Positions 9,651-16,505 of a DNA stretch of 64,000 nt are shown piece after piece. Source of the DNA: an uncultured Ignavibacteriota bacterium (lineage in GTDB: Bacteria > Bacteroidota > Ignavibacteria > Tepidaquicellales > Tepidaquicellaceae); the NCBI GenBank assembly GCA_937959065.1, contig CALGOI010000379.1:2556-66555 (forward strand), read 5' to 3'. Numbering within the stretch: position 1 is the stretch's first letter; every line of letters begins with the position of its first letter. Position numbers and translations under genes: made by a program. The notes beneath the pieces are model-generated. The model was not told where the DNA came from. It ran no database searches and saw only the letters and a program-made list of their open reading frames with translations.

Positions 9651-11260
9651 TCAAGGATTTACACTTTGGAGATGATGCCCGCAAAAAACTAAAAGCGGGA
9701 GTGGATAAATTAGCTAAAGCGGTTAGTGCTACATTGGGTCCTGGGGGCCGTAATGTTCAGATAAGCAAACCTTTCTCACATGCAGTAATAACCAAGGACG
9801 GGGTTTCTGTGGCTCGGGAGATATCGTTTGCTGATCCTATCGAGGACATGGGAGCTCAGGCTGTTAAGGATGTAGCTATCCGTGCCAATGACTTAGCGGG
9901 TGATGGTACTACTACGGCTACGGTGCTTGCCCAGGCAATATTTAATGATGGGCTGAGGTTTATGGCCAACGAGTGTAATCCGATCGAACTGAAGAAAGGC
10001 ATAGACCGTGCAGTGAAAGATGTCGTGGACCGACTTAGCAAGATGGCTGTGGACGTGAAGGGTGATTTTGACCGGATTGCTGAGGTTGGAACAATATCAG
10101 CCAACGGGGACACAGAAATAGGGAGTTTAATTGCTTCAGCCATGAAGAAGATATCTGACAACGGTGTTATAACCATAGAGGATAGCGACACCTCAGAAAC
10201 CACTATTGAGGTGGTTTCCGGGATGCAGATCGAAGCCGGATTCATCACACCGTACTTCATCAACAACCGTGAGAAGGTGAGGTGTGATCACAAGGATGCC
10301 CACATTATCTTGTATGATGATGAGTTGAGTCTTATCAAGGACGCTATGCAATTATTAGAGAGGCTTGTGGACACGAAGAAGCCTATTGTAATCATAGCTA
10401 AGGCCATAAATGGAGAGGCGCTTGGCACCATGGTGAAGAATACGGTAGAGGCATCGTATCCTTTTGTGGCTATTGAGGCACCTGGATATGGGGAGGAGCG
10501 CACACAAATACTTGAGGACATTGCATCATTGACTGGCGCTCAAGTTATCAGCAAGGAGTTTGGATCCTCCCTTAATGATGCGGATGACGAAATGATTGGA
10601 AAGGCAACCTCTATAGAGGTGGGCCGATTTACCACGGTGATCGTAAATAACGAAAACACGAAGGCAGTCAAACAACGTGTTAAATTATTGGAGAGCCAAT
10701 TAAAAAGTTGCAAGACGCATGAAAAGCCACGGTTAAAGAATAGGATTGCCAGGTTAGACGGAGGTGTTGCAGTAATGCGAGTGGGGGCTGAGTCTCAAGT
10801 TGAGCTCAAGGAGAAGAAGGATCGGGTTGAGGACGCCTTAAACTCAACACGGGCAGCCGTAGAGGAGGGTATAGTTCCAGGTGGCGGTGTGGCCTTGCTG
10901 AGGGCTGCTTCAGGTCTAAAGCCAAAGGGAGCTAACTCTGATCAGAAATCAGGCTACAGCATTGTTCTTAGTGCTGTTAGAAAGCCCATGTCATGTATAG
11001 CTTCCAATGCCGGAAAAAACGGAGACATGATAGTTGGGGAAACAGAGAAGATGGAAGGCAACGTTGGATGGGATGCCCGTGCTGAAGAGTATTGTGACCT
11101 GATGAAGGCCGGGGTTATTGATCCTGTTAAGGTAACTCGGGTCGCTTTAGAAAAGGCTGCGTCTGTATCAAGCATGCTTTTAACGACAGAGTGTGTTATT
11201 TCATTTGACGAGGAGAAGCTGAAAGATGACATTGTTAAGCAAAGTCAGTTGTCTCGCTAA
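9647..11260 (+). CDS. groEL: Chaperonin GroEL (Cpn60)
   Basis: 537 aa with ATLGPGGRNV, AGDGTTTATVLAQAI, and VAVMRVGAESQVELKEKKDRVEDALNSTRAAVEEGIVPGGGVALL. Confidence 0.95.
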   Translation: MIKDLHFGDDARKKLKAGVDKLAKAVSATLGPGGRNVQISKPFSHAVITKDGVSVAREISFADPIEDMGAQAVKDVAIRANDLAGDGTTTATVLAQAIFNDGLRFMANECNPIELKKGIDRAVKDVVDRLSKMAVDVKGDFDRIAEVGTISANGDTEIGSLIASAMKKISDNGVITIEDSDTSETTIEVVSGMQIEAGFITPYFINNREKVRCDHKDAHIILYDDELSLIKDAMQLLERLVDTKKPIVIIAKAINGEALGTMVKNTVEASYPFVAIEAPGYGEERTQILEDIASLTGAQVISKEFGSSLNDADDEMIGKATSIEVGRFTTVIVNNENTKAVKQRVKLLESQLKSCKTHEKPRLKNRIARLDGGVAVMRVGAESQVELKEKKDRVEDALNSTRAAVEEGIVPGGGVALLRAASGLKPKGANSDQKSGYSIVLSAVRKPMSCIASNAGKNGDMIVGETEKMEGNVGWDARAEEYCDLMKAGVIDPVKVTRVALEKAASVSSMLLTTECVISFDEEKLKDDIVKQSQLSR

Positions 11261-11343
11261 CGGTTTTGATAAAATGCAGGCGGGATAATGAGCCAAAAAG
11301 CGGCAAATAAGACCATAGCACCCGCTTCATTTTATCTTGTGTT
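11259..11343 (+). repeat. AAC...GTT-closed imperfect hairpin (site A0) overlapping the groEL stop
   Basis: TAAC spans the stop codon. Pairings are GATAAAATG (11268-11276) with CATTTTATC (11328-11336), GCGGG (11280-11284) with CCCGC (11321-11325), and AAC (11259-11261) with GTT (11341-11343). The arms are homologous to site A2. Confidence 0.6.
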
Positions 11344-11357
11344 ATGGCGCGTTTTTT

Positions 11358-11669
11358 ATGGATTACATAGACAATATTGTCCTAAAATTAAAAAGACAGT
11401 ACTCGAAAGACGAATTAGTCTCCTACCTCGCAAAAAAGCAAAGCGAATTGGAAACGGAAGTTGGGATGTTAAAATCTGAAAGAGACGAGTATCAGTATAA
11501 ATATGAGAAGCTCTTAAAGGCTGATAATGCTGTAAAATCAAGAGCTGGTCAATTGAAGCTGTACCAAAATATGAAAGCAGAAATCAAAGATTTGCGGGAA
11601 AAGTGCAGAAAACTTGAATTAGACAACTCCAAGCTATTACAGAAGGTGGTTCGCTTAAATGCGCCATAA
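11358..11669 (+). CDS. Coiled-coil hypothetical protein
   Basis: 103 aa from the ATG at 11358 (the ORF track starts at an upstream TTG). Heptad-like charged sequence. Confidence 0.45.
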   Translation: MDYIDNIVLKLKRQYSKDELVSYLAKKQSELETEVGMLKSERDEYQYKYEKLLKADNAVKSRAGQLKLYQNMKAEIKDLREKCRKLELDNSKLLQKVVRLNAP

Positions 11670-11721
11670 CGGATGGGTACATGAAGCGTATGAGGTACGA
11701 ATATGATTTATGTACCGTGTT
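11668..11721 (+). repeat. AAC...GTT-closed hairpin (site A1) overlapping a stop codon
   Basis: TAAC is at the stop. GGTACAT (11676-11682) pairs with ATGTACC (11710-11716), and AAC pairs with GTT (11719-11721). It overlaps an alternative 8-bp palindrome, GTACCGTG/CACGGTAC (11712-11738). Confidence 0.45.
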
Positions 11722-11760
11722 ATACATTGGCACGGTACGAAACAGATAAAACTTTATTAA

Positions 11761-12166
11761 ATGAACGAAAGTAGCAATAACAGTTTTTTGTGGGATGGCA
11801 AAAATGACCCGATAGGGGCAACAGTACTAAGCTTGTTTGATGGCATAAGTTGCGGACAACAAGCATTAAAAGAACTTGGAATACCTGTAAAAGAATACTA
11901 TGCAAGTGAGATTGACAAGTATGCAATTAAGGTAACGCAAGAGAACCACCCTAATACAATACAGCTCGGAAGCATCACAGAACTTGAAACAACTAAACTT
12001 CCTAAAATTGATTTGCTTATAGGCGGTAGCCCCTGCCAAAGTTTTAGTGTTGCTGGGGATGGAAGTGGTTTTAATGGTAAAAGTGGTTTGTTTTGGGAAT
12101 ATGTGAGAATATTAAAAGAAACAAAGCCTAAATACTTCTTGCTTGAAAACGTTAAAATGAAAAAGG
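11761..12166 (+). pseudogene. DNA (cytosine-5)-methyltransferase, N-terminal fragment (interrupted by an IS)
   Basis: Motif I (LFDGISCG), motif IV (GGSPCQSFSVAG) and motif VI (LLENVKMKK) are present. The reading frame then runs into IS sequence and stops at 12243. Confidence 0.85.
12159..12166. repeat. Target-site duplication, left copy (GAAAAAGG)
   Basis: An identical 8-mer abuts the other end of the insertion at 15430-15437. Confidence 0.75.
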
Positions 12167-12192
12167 GGCAATCATATAGGTGTTGGGACAGG
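12167..12192. repeat. Left terminal inverted repeat of the IS
   Basis: GGCAATCATATAGGTGTTGGGACAGG aligned against the reverse complement of 15404-15429 (GGTGATTATATATCATTTGGGACACG). Confidence 0.6.
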
Positions 12193-12235
12193 ATTTTACG
12201 CCTGATTTACACACACATCAGCAGAAACGACAAGT

Positions 12236-12367
12236 TCACTTAGGCTTGTCGTCCTTCTTTTTAGCTGAATCTTCATCAGCGTCTTTCAAGGAAGCCTTTA
12301 ACACATCAGAGAACGATGCGTTAACCTTTACTTCTTCTTCCTGATCGGACTTTTTCTCTTTAGACAT
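12236..12367 (-). CDS. Small acidic/lysine-rich ORF (43 aa), speculative
   Basis: MSKEKKSDQEEEVKVNASFSDVLKASLKDADEDSAKKKDDKPK. It is below the ORF-track cutoff and has no recognised domain. Confidence 0.2.
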   Translation of the reverse strand: MSKEKKSDQEEEVKVNASFSDVLKASLKDADEDSAKKKDDKPK

Positions 12368-12433
12368 ATTGCTAAGATACAAAATTGAAAATCGTAGTTT
12401 TACGTTAGTACATACAAACTTGCGTCAGCTTTC

Positions 12434-12554
12434 TTCGCTCTGAAATCTGGTAAATTTCAACTGACACGAAAAGCAAGCTGTGGCACCTCGTCATTACGGG
12501 CGTGGGGCTGCGCTTATTACTTCGTGTCAGGGCTTACCAGAGCCTCAGAGCGAG
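12434..12554. other. Long (~120 nt) three-segment imperfect hairpin inside the IS
   Basis: Pairings are CGCTCTGA (12436-12443) with TCAGAGCG (12545-12552), CTGGTAA (12447-12453) with TTACCAG (12534-12540), and CTGACACGAA (12461-12470) with TTCGTGTCAG (12521-12530). It lies between the divergent small ORF and the lipoprotein gene. Confidence 0.5.
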
Positions 12555-12629
12555 TAGAAGTTGTTGGCTCTGCGCTCGTCCGTTTATAAACCCACCATTA
12601 GGAGCCGGTGGTGCACAATAATCAAGCGT

Positions 12630-13349
12630 ATGAAAAAGTGTAAATTACTTGCTTGGGCAATAACTGGCGTTGTTTTCACTTCTTGCTCAGTCGGAAGCCA
12701 TGTAAGCAATGGGTCTCTTATTCAAAAGAGGAAGTACAACACCGGGTTCGCATCATTCAAATCACACACAGATCGTTCCGGTGAACTTAATCAAACCGCA
12801 TCCATATCGGATGACTATTTTATTGATGCTGTTAGCGATGACAACTATGAGGTTGAGGTTCATGAGGTCATAGAATCTCCTTATTCAACTTACGTGGTGC
12901 CGGAGCAGAATCAGGAAGTTTCTCCTGAGCAGTCTTTCGAATTGCCCATTGCTTCAAAAACGGAAGACGGCATTACAACTACCCTGATTCCACAGGAAAG
13001 ACTAATGGCAAAGGAAGATGGTGGCGGCTCAGGAGCAATGCGAACTATTGGGTGGGTGTTAATCGGTCTTGGATTATTGATACTGCTCTTTCTAAGCATA
13101 CTAATTGGAGCGCTACTTGCTTTGCTTGGTCTTATTTTCGTGTTGGCCGGAGGCGTTGGTGGTAATCAAAAGAAAGAAGATACTGGTGTTTTGCAAGAAG
13201 TGGTGTATTTGAAGAACGGCAGTATTATTCGTGGCACCATCATGGAGCAGGTTCCGGGAGTTTCTCTAAAAATTCAAACGGCAGACGGCAGTGTGTTCGT
13301 GTATAGCATGGATGAGGTTGAGAAGATAACCAAGGAGCCAAAGAAATGA
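12630..13349 (+). CDS. Putative lipoprotein/membrane protein (IS passenger)
   Basis: Taking the ATG at 12630 gives MKKCKLLAWAITGVVFTSCS, a lipobox-like signal. There is a long hydrophobic stretch (IGWVLIGLGLLILLFLSILIGALLALLGLIFVLAGG) and a C-terminal LKNGSIIRGTI...DGSVFVYSMDEVEKI module. Confidence 0.55.
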   Translation: MKKCKLLAWAITGVVFTSCSVGSHVSNGSLIQKRKYNTGFASFKSHTDRSGELNQTASISDDYFIDAVSDDNYEVEVHEVIESPYSTYVVPEQNQEVSPEQSFELPIASKTEDGITTTLIPQERLMAKEDGGGSGAMRTIGWVLIGLGLLILLFLSILIGALLALLGLIFVLAGGVGGNQKKEDTGVLQEVVYLKNGSIIRGTIMEQVPGVSLKIQTADGSVFVYSMDEVEKITKEPKK

Positions 13350-13621
13350 TTTTAACCCTAAACTTTAATAAAAGCATCAGGACATTACAGTCAATCATGA
13401 CCATACCTCATGACTTTTTGAAAATTTCTTGATGTTCTTCTTGATGCTATCAAGAAGTTTCATAACTTTACCGCAAAGAAAACGCCCTCACAAGTTTTGA
13501 CGGACTCAACGAGGGCGGATTCTTTCAGAAGCCTTGAGTGGTAAACCCCTTCCGTTGTAAGGAAGATCGGGTCAATACCACAAAGGGCCTTCTGTTGGCT
13601 AAGTTAACAAAAAGCAACAAC

Positions 13622-14074
13622 ATGGAACAGTCAGTAAAGGTTATTAAACAAGAAATCGAAATCCATAAGGCAGAGATAAGGCGGCACAAGTCGGAAATAG
13701 AAAAGCTTGGGGCGGCACTTCAAATATTGGTTGGGAATGGTGGCTCCGCCACTCACTCTGCTGATAATGAAAAAAAAAAACCCCTACACTTTAACACCCT
13801 TACATTCGCACAGTTGATGCAACACATTTTTTCTGATGATGTAACAAAAACAGGAAGGCAGTTATACGATGAGTTTTTGCTTATCACAGGAAAAACAAAT
13901 TATAAGTATCCAGCATTTTCTGCCCGGCTTTCTGAGAGGGCGGTCGTTAAGCTAATCAGCAGACATGAAGAAAGCGATCGGCCGATTCATCAAAGGTATA
14001 TCTATGGCCTTAAGGAATGGTTTAATAATGACGGATTGAAAGAGGAATACAGAAAAAGAATAAAATTTGAATAA
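13622..14074 (+). CDS. Hypothetical protein (IS passenger) containing an A11 tract
   Basis: 150 aa from the ATG at 13622, with a coiled-coil N-terminus. The ORF track begins at an upstream GTG. Confidence 0.5.
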   Translation: MEQSVKVIKQEIEIHKAEIRRHKSEIEKLGAALQILVGNGGSATHSADNEKKKPLHFNTLTFAQLMQHIFSDDVTKTGRQLYDEFLLITGKTNYKYPAFSARLSERAVVKLISRHEESDRPIHQRYIYGLKEWFNNDGLKEEYRKRIKFE

Positions 14075-14114
14075 TCGCCAATATGAGGCTTGTTCCTATT
14101 ATAATTAATAAAAG

Positions 14115-14131
14115 GGGCCGAAGCCCCTTTA
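14115..14131. terminator. Intrinsic terminator hairpin
   Basis: GGGGC-cgaa-GCCCC followed by TTT, 40 nt after the 13622-14074 stop. Confidence 0.6.
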
Positions 14132-14230
14132 AAATACCCTCTAACGGGGTTTCGCTGAAATAGTGCTGTCTCTTGTAAAGGCTGGCCTCATCTAACCAAA
14201 TCCGCAAGAGTAAACCCGTTAGAACCAAGA

Positions 14231-14253
14231 GGGGGAGTTCGCTCCCCCTTTTT
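14231..14253. terminator. Intrinsic terminator hairpin (bidirectional position)
   Basis: GGGGGAG-ttcg-CTCCCCC followed by TTTTT. It lies between the convergent passenger genes and the transposase stop. Confidence 0.65.
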
Positions 14254-14276
14254 CATGCACCAAAGATACGATAATC

Positions 14277-15191
14277 TTACTTCTGTATCAGATTCTCATA
14301 CTTCAGCCGTCTGCCATCGCTTTGAAAGATTGCTTCTGCAAAGCGTTCTTCCTGAGTATCCTCTTTAGCGTTGTATCGGTAGTTGAACTCGTCCAAGTAC
14401 CGAGATAGATGCTTGTCCGATACATGATGGTAGATTCCTATTATTCCCCGCTTCAATAATGAGAAGTAACCCTCAATAGTATTGGTATAGATCGAACCTC
14501 TCACGTATTCTTCTGCGGAATGATTCACTGAATGGTGTTGGTAGTAACCATTCAGGTTCTTATACATTCCGTTTTCATCAGTTATTACCACAGCCCCAGG
14601 CTTCACGTTCTTTAGCATTACCGGAACCACGTCCTTGGCTTTTCCGCTTTCCACAGCCTTAGATCGCACTTTACCCTCTCGCTGAACAAGGCCAACAACA
14701 GGTGTCTTACTATGCGCGCCTTGTTTGCCAATGCGCTTGCTCTTATGCTTATTGCTCTGTTTGCCGCCCACGTAAGTCTCGTCAATCTCAACTACTCCTT
14801 CCAATGATTGCGGAAGCTTCTCTTTTAGCATTTCCCTTACCCGGTGAAGAACAAACCATGCCGACTTCTGAGTAATACCGAGATCACGGGCTAACTGGCA
14901 GGAACTAATACCCTTCTTGTGGCTCGTAATTAGGTAGATGGCAATAAACCATTTACGAAGTGGTATTTTGGTGTTCTCGAATATGGTGCCCACTGTAACG
15001 CTGAACTTCTTGTGGCACTCCTTATTTGCGCATTTAAACCTCTTACCATTCTCAATCTTATAGACTTTCTTGCTCTTGCAGTATGGGCAGTTGGCCTTAC
15101 CGTTAACCCAACGAAGTTTAGCGAGATAGTCCCGGCAGGTTTGCTCATCCTTAAATGTCTCTGTTAGTTGTATAATGTTCTCGAACTCCAT
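14277..15191 (-). CDS. IS1595-family transposase (zinc-ribbon plus ISXO2-like DDE domain)
   Basis: 304 aa. The N-terminal zinc ribbon is CPYCKSKKVYKIENGKRFKCANKECHKKF, followed by an HTH (ISSCQLARDLGITQKSAWFVLHR) and DDE-region motifs VEIDETYVGG, VVITDENGMY and NTIEGYFSLLKR. Confidence 0.9.
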   Translation of the reverse strand: MEFENIIQLTETFKDEQTCRDYLAKLRWVNGKANCPYCKSKKVYKIENGKRFKCANKECHKKFSVTVGTIFENTKIPLRKWFIAIYLITSHKKGISSCQLARDLGITQKSAWFVLHRVREMLKEKLPQSLEGVVEIDETYVGGKQSNKHKSKRIGKQGAHSKTPVVGLVQREGKVRSKAVESGKAKDVVPVMLKNVKPGAVVITDENGMYKNLNGYYQHHSVNHSAEEYVRGSIYTNTIEGYFSLLKRGIIGIYHHVSDKHLSRYLDEFNYRYNAKEDTQEERFAEAIFQSDGRRLKYENLIQK

Positions 15192-15196
15192 TGTCT

Positions 15197-15331
15197 TTAG
15201 TTGTTGTCGGCTATCTTCTTTAATTGTATTCGGATATAATTACTAAGGCTCCGTTCGTCAGCATTGGCCAGCTTTTGCAACTTATCCTTTAGCTCCTTAC
15301 TGACTCTTATTACTATCGTTTCTTCTTTCAT
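15197..15331 (-). CDS. Ribbon-helix-helix (CopG/Arc-like) small protein upstream of the transposase
   Basis: 44 aa: MKEETIVIRVSKELKDKLQKLANADERSLSNYIRIQLKKIADNN. It shows the beta-strand/helix/helix pattern typical of RHH proteins. Its stop is 5 nt before the transposase ATG. It is not in the ORF track because it is under 60 aa. Confidence 0.5.
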   Translation of the reverse strand: MKEETIVIRVSKELKDKLQKLANADERSLSNYIRIQLKKIADNN

Positions 15332-15403
15332 GGTCACTTGTTATACATTGTATAACGATGTAATACATAAAAGGTTGCCTTAATTGTTGGGTTTTTCACG
15401 GGG

Positions 15404-15429
15404 CGTGTCCCAAATGATATATAATCACC
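15404..15429. repeat. Right terminal inverted repeat of the IS
   Basis: See the left terminal inverted repeat; 18/26 matches by hand alignment. Confidence 0.6.
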
Positions 15430-15437
15430 GAAAAAGG
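15430..15437. repeat. Target-site duplication, right copy (GAAAAAGG)
   Basis: Identical to 12159-12166. Confidence 0.75.
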
Positions 15438-15994
15438 AGTGGGAACAAGTTATTACCGATGCTTTAGGGGTAGAACCTTTTGAAATACCGAGTAATTTGG
15501 TTAGTGCTCAAAATAGAGTAAGACTGTACTGGACTAACTTTCCGCTAACATTGCCGAAAGATAGGGGTATTAGTTTGGGTGATATTATTGAAAAGGATTT
15601 TGTTTTTACAAGCAAGGCGCAAATCATACTTAGTACGATGTATAAAGAGAATGCTAAGAGTATGTTTAAGCGAAATAAAAAAGGCTTACTTGCTTGCTCT
15701 AAACAATGCTCTGAATGCAAGTTTATAAAACCAAAAAGCAACACAGTAAGAACTGGAGGTTTGAAAAGCTACCAACGCCACGAATGGGATTCAGTTTGCA
15801 AATTACACCTTCGCAAATTAACACCTTTGGAATGTGAAAGATTACAGACCTTACCTGATAATTATACGGCTTGCATAAGCAATACGAGACGATACCAAAC
15901 AATAGGAAATGGTTGGACTGTAGAAGTTATTAAGCACATCTTTAATTGCCTGATAAGGCAAGCGAGGGGAGAAAAAACTGTTATTGCGGAATAA
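15438..15994 (+). pseudogene. DNA (cytosine-5)-methyltransferase, C-terminal fragment
   Basis: The frame continues EWEQVITDALGVEP...SAQNRVRLYW (motif VIII)...LTPLECERLQTLPDNYT...TIGNGWTVEVI (motif X). There is no in-frame ATG at its 5' end. Confidence 0.85.
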
Positions 15995-16038
15995 CCGCAG
16001 TAACTTTGATTAAATGCACAGGTGTAGTGCTTGTGTAT

Positions 16039-16126
16039 AACGGTTTGGCTAAAATGTAGTAGCCGACCAACGAGAATTTGAATTATTAACCTGATGCTGC
16101 AAAGGCTATTCATTTTAGCTTTTGTT
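16039..16126 (+). repeat. AAC...GTT-closed imperfect hairpin (site A2)
   Basis: AAC-GGTTTG-GCTAAAATG (16048-16056) pairs with CATTTTAGC (16111-16119)-TTTT-GTT. The arms are homologous to site A0, with a compensatory change (A0 has GAT/ATC, A2 has GCT/AGC). Confidence 0.6.
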
Positions 16127-16150
16127 GTAGCATCGTAAAGCGAACGGATT

Positions 16151-16426
16151 ATGAACGAAAATGAAAGGATTGGAACATATTGTGAAAAATGTGGAGGGCC
16201 ATTTTGTATTTGCGAAGAAACCGAAGAAATAAAAAGGCAGGCATTAATAGAAATGAAAGATGATTTTAAAAGACAAGCAAATATTTGGAGGGGCAAAGCG
16301 GAAGAAGTGAAAGAATCAAGCAGACATAGATACTACCAGGGCAAAGCAATGGCTTATAAATACACCTACAATGCTTGCATGGAATTATTGTACGGAAAAG
16401 ATTGGAGAAAAACGCAGGAGGGGTAG
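16151..16426 (+). CDS. Hypothetical protein (CxxC...CxC)
   Basis: 91-aa ORF. Its stop lies 16 nt before the inverted-repeat site. Confidence 0.5.
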   Translation: MNENERIGTYCEKCGGPFCICEETEEIKRQALIEMKDDFKRQANIWRGKAEEVKESSRHRYYQGKAMAYKYTYNACMELLYGKDWRKTQEG

Positions 16427-16442
16427 TGAGCGTATGTGCTAC

Positions 16443-16505
16443 AACGATTGTATCAAAACACCCACACTGAAAATCAGAAAGTTATGAATGAATACACAAA
16501 TCAAT
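16443..16505 (+). repeat. Inverted repeat, left copy (IR-L); contains the recombinase start codon
   Basis: 16443-16488 is identical (46/46) to the reverse complement of 22929-22974. The extended alignment gives 60/63. It begins AACGATTG and contains GTTATGAA, with the ATG at 16484. Confidence 0.9.

Larger units (their letters stand above)
12167..15429 (-). mobile_element. IS1595-family insertion element carrying passenger genes (3,263 bp)
   Basis: It is bounded by an 8-bp direct duplication and 26-nt imperfect terminal inverted repeats (18/26 matches, both starting GG). It encodes an IS1595-type transposase. Removing it together with one duplication copy restores an in-frame 320-codon methyltransferase ORF. 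Confidence 0.85.

Noticed and set aside
11712-11738. 8-bp perfect palindrome GTACCGTG...CACGGTAC as a stand-alone operator upstream of the methyltransferase
   Set aside because: It overlaps the 3' arm of the AAC...GTT hairpin A1 and may simply be an alternative fold of the same element. There is no second copy to support an operator role.
12436-12552. Interpreting the long IS-internal hairpin as an integron attC site
   Set aside because: Its closing helix is CGCTCTGA/TCAGAGCG, not AAC/GTT, and it does not follow a stop codon. It is treated as a separate unexplained structure.
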